A stretch of 64,000 bases of DNA from Marsupella aquatica (Eukaryota; Plantae; Marchantiophyta), in contig OZ316892.1 in assembly GCA_973895155.1 (NCBI GenBank), forward strand, positions 29,580,932 through 29,644,931, read 5' to 3'. The translations under genes were made by a program, and so were the position numbers. Position 1 is the stretch's first letter; each line of letters starts with the position of its first letter. Under the pieces are notes generated by a model, which was given only the letters and a program-made list of their open reading frames with translations, was not told the DNA's origin and made no database searches. Of this stretch, positions 40,623-51,220 are shown one piece after another.

Positions 40623-42650
40623 CTACAGGAATTTTTTGTTGAGGTCGGTCAAGCTGGTAACCCGAGTCGAGGATTCCGAGCGCAACTGAAGCACGGTGTC
40701 ATCCAGCTTTTTGAGATCCATTTGCGCCCCGCTCAACTCCTGGGTTAGTCTGTCTTGCTGTTCAATGGTGTGGGCTAACTCCTCACGACGGGTAGTGGCG
40801 TCCTCCTCGAGGTGTTCTACCAGCATTTGGAGGCGCCCAATCTTGTTCCCCTTCGCCATGCGTTCTTCCTCCAAGCGGCTTACAATCCGTGGTTGGTGCT
40901 CTAACATGAAGAAGGCTGGTTGAAAGTACGCCAAGACTTGTTGTCTGATGTACGTTGCCAGCTCCCCTGACAGAGTCTGACTAAACTTCTGGACCAGGTC
41001 ATAGGCCATGGTCCCCGGGGCTACTTGGTAGTCCTCCATCCTCTCGGGTACCGGCGGTTCCTCGAGCGGGGCGGCGAGCTCCTCCGTAGTCTGCAATGGG
41101 GAAGGAAGGTTTCTTCAGGTGGTGGAGGGATTGGAGGTGGTTGTACCGGGGGTAGCGGAGGCTCGACGGAAGGGGGCGGTGGAATTTCAACCCGGGGAGG
41201 TGATGGAGTATTAGTCGGGGCCTCCGGCTTGGGGTTTTCCCGAGGCGCGGTAGTCCGCTCACTCGGGGTAGCCTCCTCCGTAGCGGGGGTGACATTAGTC
41301 GGGGCTGAGGTGGCCATATTCTTTCCCCTGGCCTCCCGTTGTGCCTTGTACCAGGCGAGGATGATGGCGACATGACTTCCCAGGTAAGTCTTCCCCCTGA
41401 TAGCCATACCTCCCTGAGCCCGCTTAAGCTCCCCCAAGAACCTCCGGTAAAAGAATTGGGCCCAGTTCCGCCGTTTATACTGTTCCACTTGTACGATTGT
41501 GCAGAGGGAGATCTCGGATCGTGGCTCAATCATGTGTAGGGTAGTCCGTATGAAGTTAAGCCGCTCCATACAAATTAAGTTGGTGCACGACCCCTGCTTG
41601 TATCCGTTGTCTGTCTTACCCTCGGGTTTGAAGTGCCGAGGTGTATATATACTTCTTATCCCAAATTTGGAGTTCAACCGACATCGGCCGGGTTGGCAGG
41701 AAGAAGATCTGTGCTAGCCAATGCTCCGTGAGTGATAAGGTCTGTCCTGAAACCTTGGTGGTTGATGCGTCAGTGTCAAAATTGGAGATGAACTCACAAA
41801 TCTCTTTTGGCCCGGCTGCGCACGGTCTCCATAGCAAGTGAGCGAACTGCTCCAACTGATGCTCCTTGAGATAGTCTGCATGGTCGAGTTTCTTGATCGC
41901 GATCCAGACTACCTCGGGGATGCGGATTACCTGTAATAAGTTAGACTTTGGATTATCCGCAAGCCATCGGGTCTAGTTGGTTGGGGGGTTCGCCAAGGCA
42001 GGTGCAGGGGTGGCGTTAGTTCATGTTGTTGGTTCGGGGGCCGGCGTCGTCCTTGACCGCTTTCGAGAACACTGCTCAAGCTATGGACTAACACGCTCGG
42101 AACCCGAGGAACACTCGGTGTTGTTCACGGGATGAACTTGGGACCGGTTTGGTGGTACGCCGGTGGTCATCGGCTGAGGGGCTGGGGGTGGTGTCGGGGT
42201 AGCCATATCCCAGTTGAAGGCGTTGGAGCTTTCCCCGAGGAACGTAAGGTTACGCGCCGCTTCCCGTTGTCTGTTGATGTCTTCTTCACGCTTCTCGGCT
42301 GTAATCTGCTGGTCGATGTATCCTGAAATCTTATCAAACTCCGTTGGAGTCAGTCTTTGGCTGCCCTTTAGCCTAAAGAACTTCGCGGGAACTTCAAGAA
42401 TCGCCTCTGCCACCAATCTGAACCCTTCCTCACTGCTATATAGCTCGGTGAGGTAATCCCGTAGCTTGTTGTAACTGGAATCCCTGGTGACGACTGTCTT
42501 CTCACAGTTAACCTGTCCTACCTTGGTCACCAGCTTTGCGTATCTTTGTTTGTAAGCGGCTTTCTCGGGGCAAGAGTACCAGTAAGTCTTGGAGAACTTA
42601 GCACCAACCTCGCCAAACAAGGACCAAAATCCCAAGGCTGTAAGGGTCAT
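40623..42650 (-). pseudogene. Extra ORF(s) of the Gypsy element inside the apparent 3' LTR: plant-transposon-protein-like domain, Pro-rich linker and coiled coil; frameshifted
   Basis: ORFs 42081-42650, 41616-41855 (ICEFISNFD...KVSGQTLSLTEHWLAQIFFLP), 41021-41677 (NWAQFFYRRFLGEL, PPP-rich) and 40623-41096 (heptad-rich), all in the element's sense orientation. Confidence 0.6.
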
Positions 42651-43153
42651 ACTAACCTTTGTAGTCTGGTTTGTCGAGTCCGCGTTCCCACCCTACCGGT
42701 CCGCTTGCTGGTGGCGTCTTTACTCGCCCTGACTAAATCTTGCCACAATCCGCTCTCATCCCTTGATAATCTCCTCGTAAAGGTCAGCTTGATTCAAGAA
42801 AGGCGAGAGTGAATGGCAGCATCTACGAATTTTTGAAAGGTAGAAATGAGCAAATGGCCCGCAGTGCCATCAACTCTGCTCTTATGGAGGTGTCAGGGTG
42901 AGCTCAAGCTTGAGAGGGCAAGGCCGTTTTGGTCGTTGATAATGAGCTGAAGTTGACGTCTCGGTCCAAGCGTGATCCTCCTAACGGATTTTTACTCCGC
43001 CGCCGCCACCGTACCTTGGTCGAGCGTAATAATCCTCCTCCTTAATTCGTAATCATTCGATCAACTAACCTACTCCTAATCTATTCATAATGGCAAAGAC
43101 TGCTATTTGTGCTATTCTACGCTACGGCTATGGTCCTAATGACCGTATAAGTC

Positions 43154-44608
43154 CTAATCTAGGACCTGCGTTCGGTTAAGTGACACGTTGCCCGTGTTAC
43201 ATAGCTCCCCACTCAAGTGTGAAGCATGCTTGCAAACATCATTACGCTCGTCATCCTGGTGAAAGTACCTCTTCACACAATCGTAACTAACTTGATTGGG
43301 AAAGAGGTTGTCGGCGTACGTTGATAGCTGGAGGGATCCGTTCAGGTAAATTTGCTGGACAATAAAAGGTCCCAACCAGGGTGTGTATAACTTTCCTGGA
43401 AAGTACATGTACCTACTCTCGTACAGAAGGACGAGATCTCCCGTAGTGACGTCCACCTGGCGCAATCTTTTGTCATGCTGTTTCTTCATTGCTTCCTGCT
43501 TGGCAACCACGCGTCGCGATGCCCACAGTCTCTTTTCTTCTAGACTGTCAATCTTATATGCTCGATCGGACGAACTAGCATCCTTTGATAACCTATGGCG
43601 GATGCTTATCCGCGGAGTCTCAACCTCAAATTCGACGGGTACAAGCGCATGTCGTCCAAAGACCAAGAAATACGGACTATGGTTTGTAGTAGTAGTTTTA
43701 AACGCTAAGTTGTACGAATAGACCGCCGTGAAAAGCTTGTCATCCCAGTCCATCTTGTGGGAGGCTACGATTTTGTTAAGGATTTTTCCCACAATGCCAT
43801 TGGCCCGCTCCGCTAGTCCGTTACATTTGGGGTGGTAAGGGGTAGTTTCCTGTGTTTGACGAGGTAGCGGTTAGTCAGTTTTTCTACCATTTTGTTCAAA
43901 AAATGAGTCTCGCGGTCGCTGACTAACTCCAAGGGGGTCCAAAGTGGGTGAAGATCTGTTCATACAGGAACTTGGCGGTGGTGGCCGCGTCATCTTTGAC
44001 CGTTGCCCGGGCCTCTACCCACTTAGTTGAATAGTCGATAGCGAGAAGAATATACCGGCAACGCCAACCTCGAGTTACAGGGGTGAATGGTCCGATATAA
44101 TCGATGCCCCATTTCTCAAATGGGGCAAGAGGAAAGATCGGAGTAAGAGGATGATTACCCGATCTGCGGGGTTTGCCCGCGTGTTGGCATAAGTCGCAAC
44201 CTCGGATGAACTTGGCTACATCGTGATAAAGCGTAGGCCACCAGTAACCTGCGTCTAAGATTTTGTGAGCCGTGGTGACCGGGGCGAAGTGTCCCCCTGC
44301 CTCCTCCTCGTGCATAGCTTGCATGACAATGATCGTCTCGTTATAATCTAGGCATTTGCGGATCTTCCCATCGATGCCCTCCTTATGTAGATGTTCGTGT
44401 ATCATCATGTACGGTGCTGCCTTGCGTAGGAAGATGGACGCGGCCTCCTCTTACTTGGAATGCGGGCAGTTAAGAGAAAGGTGATTAGGTCCCCGTACCA
44501 CGTTGGTTGGTCCGTTTCCATGCGAAATAATTCTTCATCAGGGCATGCATCATCGACACGTGCGTTGTCCAATTCCCCTTCAATCCTTGAGAAGAAGTCC
44601 GCATTCAC
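43154..44608 (-). pseudogene. Gypsy integrase (frameshifted)
   Basis: MHEEEAGGHF...GYWWPTLYHD...CDLCQ (HHCC), PFEKWGIDYIGPF, AIDYSTKWVEA, DWDDKLFTAVYSY, PWLGPFIV (GPY/F). Confidence 0.9.
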
Positions 44609-44623
44609 GTGTGCCTTCCCAGG

Positions 44624-46180
44624 TCATACCCTGACTTCGTAGTCAAATTCTTGGAGCAGTAGGACCCAACGGGCTATTCTCCCCGTCAAGTCCACTTTGT
44701 TTACCATGTACTTCAGGCTGTCATGGTCAGTATGGAATACTACCTTATATCCCAATAGATAATGGCAAAACTTTTTACATGAGTAGATGATCCCCAAGGC
44801 TTCCTGATCGATGGACGAATAGTTTTTCTCCGCTGCAAACAGCTGTCGGCTCGCATAGTAAATGGGGTGGTCGCATTTTTTGTCGTCTAATTGGCTTAGG
44901 ACTGGCCCAATGCAAAACCCAGATACGTCGACGAACTCCTTGTTCCAATCGGGGGTAGTCAAGATCGGAGCCATAGTTAGCTGTTTTTTGAGTTTGTCAA
45001 AGGCTGCTACTCGGCGGGGAGTCATTTCTATGACTGCGTCTTGCTTCATCATTTCTGTGAGGGGTAGGGCTATCTTGGCAAAATCCTGAATGAATCGTCG
45101 GTAGTACCCTACGCAGCCTAAGAAGGATCGTACTGCCTTCTGGTCCGTTGGGTAAGGGACATTCATCCACGCGGCCACCTTCTCTTGGTCCACCTCAATC
45201 CTTCGTTTAGATACTCGGTGTCCTAGCAACACTCCTTCTGTTACCCCGAAGAAGCATTTACCCGGATGTAACTTCAAACCTACTTCTTGGCATCGCTCAA
45301 AAGTCCGCCTCAGGTGTTCTGGGTGCTGGGCGACTGTTCCAAAGATGGCAAAATCGTCTATGAACACCTCCAAAAATTCTCGTAAGAAATCATGAAAAAT
45401 ATTCATAATGATTCGCTGGAACATAGCCGGAGCATTGCATAGGCCAAAGGGCATTCGTCTGAACGCGTAGGTTCCCCACTCCGTTATGAACATGGTTTTG
45501 AGCTGGTCCGATAGTCTGATCCAAATCTGGTTATAACCCGAATATCCATCCAGGAAGGTGTATACCTCATTTCGGGCTACCATGTCAAGAACCATATCGA
45601 TGTATGGCAGCGGGTAATGGTCTTTCCGAGTAGCATCGTTGAGTTTCCGGTAGTCCTGGCATATTTGAATCTTTGGTTTACCATCAGGCCCTACCTTCTT
45701 AGGAACCACCACAATGGGGGAGACCCATTCGCTGGATAAGACGGGGTAGATGATATCCTCCACGATCAGTTGATCTAACTCCTCTTTTACCAAGATGGAA
45801 TGTCTTGGATTTAGTCTTTGTTGTCTCTCTCGGACAGCATGAGCACCTAAGTTCAGATCAATGACGTGTTCACCGTAGGTCGGTGAAATTCCGGTTAGGT
45901 CTCGATGACTCCATGCAAAGACGTCCTCATATTCTGATAGAAGTTCTTGGATAGCCTTTTCCTCCGGGGCTCGTAGGCCATAATCCACGTTGAAGGTCCT
46001 CTCCCTCCTAGTGGTGTACTTGTTATAGTGCTCCTTGCGGATTACATCCACATGGTCTCTGGTGGCCCGGTCGAGATGGTCTTCCAATTCCTCGAGTCGG
46101 GTGCCATCGTAGACCACGGGTTCCCAAACCGTGAGCTGCTCTTTGGGGAGCTCCTTGGGTTCCTCCATTACGGACGGCAC
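44624..46180 (-). CDS. Gypsy reverse transcriptase plus RNase H
   Basis: SEWVSPIVVVPKK, DYRKLN, KDHYPLPYID, FLDGYSGYNQI, MPFGLCNAPA, VFIDDF, FLGCVGYYRRFI, PIYYASRQL, HTDHDSLKY, RWVLLLQEFD. Confidence 0.93.
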   Translation of the reverse strand: MPSVMEEPKELPKEQLTVWEPVVYDGTRLEELEDHLDRATRDHVDVIRKEHYNKYTTRRERTFNVDYGLRAPEEKAIQELLSEYEDVFAWSHRDLTGISPTYGEHVIDLNLGAHAVRERQQRLNPRHSILVKEELDQLIVEDIIYPVLSSEWVSPIVVVPKKVGPDGKPKIQICQDYRKLNDATRKDHYPLPYIDMVLDMVARNEVYTFLDGYSGYNQIWIRLSDQLKTMFITEWGTYAFRRMPFGLCNAPAMFQRIIMNIFHDFLREFLEVFIDDFAIFGTVAQHPEHLRRTFERCQEVGLKLHPGKCFFGVTEGVLLGHRVSKRRIEVDQEKVAAWMNVPYPTDQKAVRSFLGCVGYYRRFIQDFAKIALPLTEMMKQDAVIEMTPRRVAAFDKLKKQLTMAPILTTPDWNKEFVDVSGFCIGPVLSQLDDKKCDHPIYYASRQLFAAEKNYSSIDQEALGIIYSCKKFCHYLLGYKVVFHTDHDSLKYMVNKVDLTGRIARWVLLLQEFDYEVRV

Positions 46181-46285
46181 CTCGGGGCTCCATGCAACTT
46201 TCTTTCTTTGAGAGGAGTAGCAGATTTGCGTTCTCCTCGGGTATATCCGACAAGGTGCCCTGGCCAGCGACCTTCATAGTGCTTA

Positions 46286-47317
46286 CTATTCTTCACTTAC
46301 TGGCATCCCTGGCTCTTTGGTCGGGGCCGCTAGTCTGGGTTGGTTCAGAATATGGGACTCTCGGGTGGCATTTACCCCAAAGACTTCCTCTTTGTCAAGC
46401 CGAGAGATTAACTCCACCATATTTACCTCTTTGTCTGAGATTTCCTCCTCCGAGTCATATTCTTTGGGTCCCTGGGGTGTTTCGCCCTGATAGTCCTCTT
46501 CTTTCCATGACACCGTCGTAGTCGGGTTACCAAATCGTAACTCCTTTCCCCAGTAGGTAACGACTCGGGCACCGTATAACCAAGGTCTGCCCAACAGTAC
46601 TGGATAAGACGAGGGTCGAACTGGTCGCATCACCAAGTAATTGAGAAAAAACTTGAGGCCCCCAATCCACGTGGATATCTTGGTCAACGTTCCCAACGAC
46701 ATGATTCGGGCGCCGTTTGCTAACCGAATGGCGCGGGCCGTAGGTTGATATGACGTATATCCCAACCTCACAAAGTTGTCCTCCATCATGATATTTACTC
46801 CGGACCCGCCATTTACCGGTACAAACCGAATAGTACAGCCCGCTATCTCGATAGAAACCTCAGGCGCCCCTAAGTCCTAGTAAATCATCATATAGTCGGC
46901 TAAGGTGCTTAGTCGAAGGAGCCGTCTCCATCTCTTCCCTATTAGCATCTCCTTGAGTTGTTGTCGATACTTCAGGTTATCCTGCAACAGTTGTCCGACG
47001 GTGGCCGTGGTTGCATAGTTTTGAACATCCTTTTTGATGTCATATTGGTTAGTCAGTGGGGTCACAAATTTTAACGCTTTTGCTTCCTTGACTTGAGCTT
47101 CCAAGGCAGTCTTAGTTTCCTCAGCTCTTTCAGCTGCCTTAGCATCGGCAATATCCTTTTTAATGGCTTTTTCGTGCTCTTGGGCCTTGTAGGCTTCCAA
47201 GTGCTTTTTGACCAGCTCCTCTACTCGTGGGTAAAACAACTTTGGATTATCTTGCTGGTAGTCTTCCTGCTCGTCCGGTTTCATCGGACTATGCTTATCC
47301 GCGACCACATCTCTCTG
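46286..47317 (-). pseudogene. Gypsy gag C-terminal remnant plus aspartic protease (catalytic Asp changed to Asn)
   Basis: EVSIEIAGCTIRFVPVNGGSGVNIM (canonical D-G-G-S), IRLANG, YPVLLGRPWL; in-frame stop at 46877. Confidence 0.75.
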
Positions 47318-47926
47318 CTTAGCACCAACCTCGCCAAACAAGGTCCAAAATCCCAAGGCTGTAAGGGTCATACTAACCTTTGTAGTCCGGTTCATCGAGT
47401 CCGCGTTCCCGCCCGGCTGGTCCGCTTGCTGGTGGCGTCCTTACTCGCCCTGACTAAATCTTGCCACAATCCGCTCTCATCCCTCGATAATCTCCTCGTA
47501 AAGGTCAGCTTGATTCAAGAAAGGCGAGAGTGAATGGGAGCGTCCGCGAATTCTGAAAGGTAGAAATGAGCAAATGGCCCGCAGTGCCATCAACTCTGCT
47601 CTTATGGAGGTGTCAGGGTGAGCTCGAGCGTGAGAGGGCAAGGCCGTTTTGGTCGTTGATAATGAGCTGAAATTGGCATCTCGGTCCAAGCGTGATCCTC
47701 CTAACGGATTTTTACTCCGCCGCCGCCACCGTACCTTGGTCCGTAGTAAATATTCCTCTTCCTTAATTCGTAATCATTTGGTCAACTAACCTACTCCTAA
47801 TCTATTCATAATGGCAAAGGTGGCTATTTGTGCTATTCTACGCTACGGCTACGGTCCTAATGACCATATAGTCCTAATCTAGGACCAACATTCGATTAAG
47901 TGACACGTTGCCCGTGTCACATGTGC

Positions 47927-48820
47927 TCTCCTAGATAACGTGCAAAGGGCATACCCTTGACTTTATAACACATACTCATCATTGAGTAAATCTCCATCAG
48001 CCCTAGCCACATTTGCTGATGAAGATTCAGCTACCTTTGCCTTACAGTCTCGCTTGAAGTGTCTGACCTTGTTGCACTTCCAACATGTCACCTGCCTCCT
48101 CTCCGGGGACTTGCCCCTGGACTTAGATCTGGATTTAGATCTAAATTGGGTTCTACGGTCCCCAGTTGGTTGCTGCATACTCCTCCCATGGTTAACATTG
48201 AGAGCAACACCAGATGATGAAGGTTGTGACGTGATCTGCATCTTCTGTTGAAGATCACCAGTAAGTAGAGAACTTACCATCTCATTGTATTCCTATCACG
48301 ATGGTATTCCTATCACGATGCAACAACACTCGTGATAAGGACTTGTAAGATGGAGGGAATGAACTGAGAAGCTGCAGAGCCGTCTTCTCATCATTCAATT
48401 TCTCCCCAAGGTTTTCCAAGTCAACAACCATGTCATTGAAAGCATCCACATGGTCCTACAACTTTGTACCGGTTTCCTTCATCCTGAAACTCATCAGTTT
48501 GTAGGAAGTGTAGAGTTGGTTCGACAACTCCATGAGGTAATACTTATTATGCAATTCCGCAAAGAAGGACATGCAATCCTTCTGTGCACCCAATTGCTTG
48601 ATGATGAGAGGCATGAGATAGAGTATAACACACCACACTTCCTGCTCCTACATGCGGTCCCATTGTTTCTCATCAACATCGTCTTCACAAGGGCTCAGTA
48701 GTTGGCCCATCCCCCGAAGCATAGAGCACTCCCTTCATCTACTTCCCCAGAGCAAGTAGTTAGAGCGCCCATCATACTTCGTGACTTCATACTTGGGTCC
48801 CCCAAGCTTGAATATACATC
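47927..48820 (-). pseudogene. Copia gag remnant with a CCHC-type zinc knuckle
   Basis: KLMSFRMKETG, ALQLLSSFPPSY, RSKSRSKSRGKS, CWKCNKVRHFKRDC. Confidence 0.85.
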
Positions 48821-50431
48821 TTCTTCTTTGGCACTATTGTGAGCTCTAGTAGTAGAAATGTTTCCTCTACCATACGTTGCACCGGTGATGTCACGTGCTC
48901 TTCCTTTTTCTCCTCTCTCTCCACCTCAAACTGTCACGGTGATCCTCATGCTTCAAGTTCCACGTCTTCAAAAATCTCCTCCGAATCACTCATATGAGAA
49001 AATCACAAAAAAAGTTATTTTTCATAACTTCTCAAAAAACTCAAAACTAAAAGCCACCTCGTAGCCCACAAAGCTAGGAGTCCAACATTGAAAACCAAAA
49101 TCAAAATCAAAATTCAACGAAAAAGATAAAAATTTTGGTCGGGGTGGGTAAAACCTTGGGAGTCTCCCCCATTTTGACCACCTTAGGGAATAACCAAAAT
49201 GACAAGTACAACCCGTCGTCAGAATTGCAATTTGATTGGTGCGCCATGTTGCTAACTTCAATGGCTACGGCCTCGCCGAAAAAGAACCAAAAAAATTATT
49301 GTTCAATGCATGGAATCTTTGTTGGACGGATAAAAAATAGCTCTTTGTTTTTTAGGAATATTCTTACACAGTCCGACAGGTCTCATAGGAGGCCGTTCCT
49401 CTTGACTAAGCGGTTAAATCCGGGGGGCATCGGGCCCGGGATGCGGGATAACCTTGGGGATAACCAATAATGAGAGCGGTAAAATAATAATAATCGGGCC
49501 CTAAAGGGGTTCGGAACCCCTTTGTAAAAAAACATGTATAAGGGCCGGGGGTACGCGCAGGGGTACGGGGAGGGCGTATGGCATCAAAGCGGCTGCAGTT
49601 GCAAAGACACACAGGGCCAGGCCGGGGAGGCATGAGCCATCGCCGCGAGGCAGCGTCCGGCCGGCAGCAGGGTAAAGAAGGGGAAAAAATCGGGTGGCTG
49701 CACAGAAAATTTAGGGTTCACCCTAAAGTAACCCCAAATAAATGCCAAATTAAACACAACAAAGGCCGTGTTACAAACCTAATCGCCGTTTAGCTTGAGA
49801 AAGTGAAGTGCCCCAACATGAAAAGTTGCCGAATTGAACCGGCACCGTCTGCACGCATAGCAGAGAAAAAACTTCCGTTGTGGCTCACTCTCTTCGCGTC
49901 AAGTGCCAATCCCGGACTCAAAATGACCATTGCCCCGTAATCTCTTTGTTGAGCCCTAGCACTTTGCGATTCTCCCTCTGAGTCGGACGTGTTGACGAGA
50001 AACCCGGTTCAAATGAGAACAAGCTCCATAGCCTATGAAAAAATCTGAACGCCTCTTTCAATCATCACGACGCACTCGGTAACCACTCGGCAACAACTCA
50101 ACTACCGAAACGACTAGCTCGTTTCAATCTCCAACTTGAGCTATAACATGCGACACCCCCTGCACCGCACAACTCACACCGTTGCAAATACTCACTCTGA
50201 TCTCTCCCCCGAAAAAACCATCGAATACGAATAACTCCAGAATGACGCAAACTCCGATTCCTCCACACCACGGATATCAACCAGTGAGTTCTATACACCG
50301 ATAGAAAGCCCTCTCACTAATCTATCCGCCCAAACACACACATTCGAGTTTCATACGACGAAACTCTGAATGCATCATTCACAATGAACGCTAGAAAACC
50401 GTCGCGAAGAACCTCGTTACCTCCCAGGCAT

Positions 50432-50443
50432 GCTCTGATACCA
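50432..50443 (-). promoter_or_regulatory. Copia primer-binding site (tRNA-iMet)
   Basis: TGGTATCAGAGC on the minus strand, 2 nt after the 5' LTR. Confidence 0.9.
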
Positions 50444-50445
50444 AT

Positions 50446-50794
50446 TGTTGATCATAGACGACAATCGTAACGGCAAGCCCATGAACCATCCAACGCACAA
50501 GAGTCAACATAGAGAGATACGTGGTTCACCTCCACATGAGGCTACGTCCACGAGAACACACAAGAGCTTTACTGCACTCTAGGCCGACCGGCCATGCCAA
50601 GCATCCATAGCGCAAGCTCTCCCTAACTATTTCTTAACTAGCTCCGTAACAATGAGCCTGAGTTCCCACTCTCCAAGCAAACACCGCTTGGTTATAGAGT
50701 GTGCACAACATGACTAACCTAACCAAGTCTGCGACTAAGGTTAGCCTTAACTAAGGTATAGTCGTAACTCTAGACCTAAGAGTAAATCCTAACA
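50446..50794 (-). repeat. Copia 5' LTR (349 bp)
   Basis: tgttgatcatagac...gtaaatcctaaca; matches the split 3' LTR. Confidence 0.92.
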
Positions 50795-50860
50795 ACGGGC
50801 AGTGTATGGCGCCCCGGGAAAGTGGGGGAGCATTAACTTGACATAGACTTAACTCGGGGT

Positions 50861-51035
50861 CTCCTTACCCACACAAAAGTAATTCCACTCTGGAGAAAAG
50901 CAGATGTTAAATTGTAAAGTTTCCTAACCTGCCGACTTCTAGGAAAAACAATCACCAGCAACCGAATAGACAGCAAGAGAAAACCTATCAAACAAGTGAC
51001 ACCACCTATGCAAGCTATGATAATTGTCAAATCTA
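50861..51035 (-). pseudogene. Duplicated last-TM coding segment of the ankyrin/PGG gene (right half)
   Basis: LTIIIACIGGVTCLIGFLLLSIRLLVIVFPRSRQVRKLY versus gene LTIITTSIGGAICLIGFLLLFIRLLGIVFPRSQWVRKMY. Confidence 0.8.
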
Positions 51036-51220
51036 TACCATGAAGCTTTCACTCTGGCTGTGTAGGTTTCTTCAAGTCATAGGCTCTTGACAAGTTTCAA
51101 TATGAAGCCTTCTTGCAATCATCTGTAGATCTTCCTCCCCAGACGAGTCCAACATCTTTGAAATAAACATTCCACTTTATTGGACATAAAAACAATATCT
51201 CAAAACACTACAAAAGGAAG

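Larger units (their letters stand above)
39339..47921 (-). mobile_element. Ty3/Gypsy (Athila-like non-chromovirus) LTR retrotransposon nested in the Copia gag-pol, with an internal deletion
   Basis: TG...CA termini and TSD TGTGC (39334-39338, 47922-47926). Direct repeat 42597-43201 matches 47318-47921. PPT gagtggggagcta adjoins 43201. PR-RT-RH-INT order. Confidence 0.92.
33572..50794 (-). mobile_element. Ty1/Copia LTR retrotransposon (degenerate), full length, with two nested insertions
   Basis: TG...CA LTRs at 50446-50794 (5') and 33572-35904 (3', interrupted); TSD ACGGG at 33567-33571 and 50795-50799; PBS and PPT present; gag-PR-INT-RT-RH order. Confidence 0.95.
32616..50860. mobile_element. 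Non-autonomous Mutator-like (MULE) TIR element, about 1 kb once the nested inserts are removed
   Basis: Left TIR accccgagttaaatctatgtcaagttaatgctcccccactttcc...; right TIR ...ggaaagtgggggagcattaacttgacatagacttaactcggggt. TIRs exceed 200 bp and the right one is split by the Copia. 9-bp TSD CTCCTTACC at 32607-32615 and 50861-50869. Confidence 0.85.
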
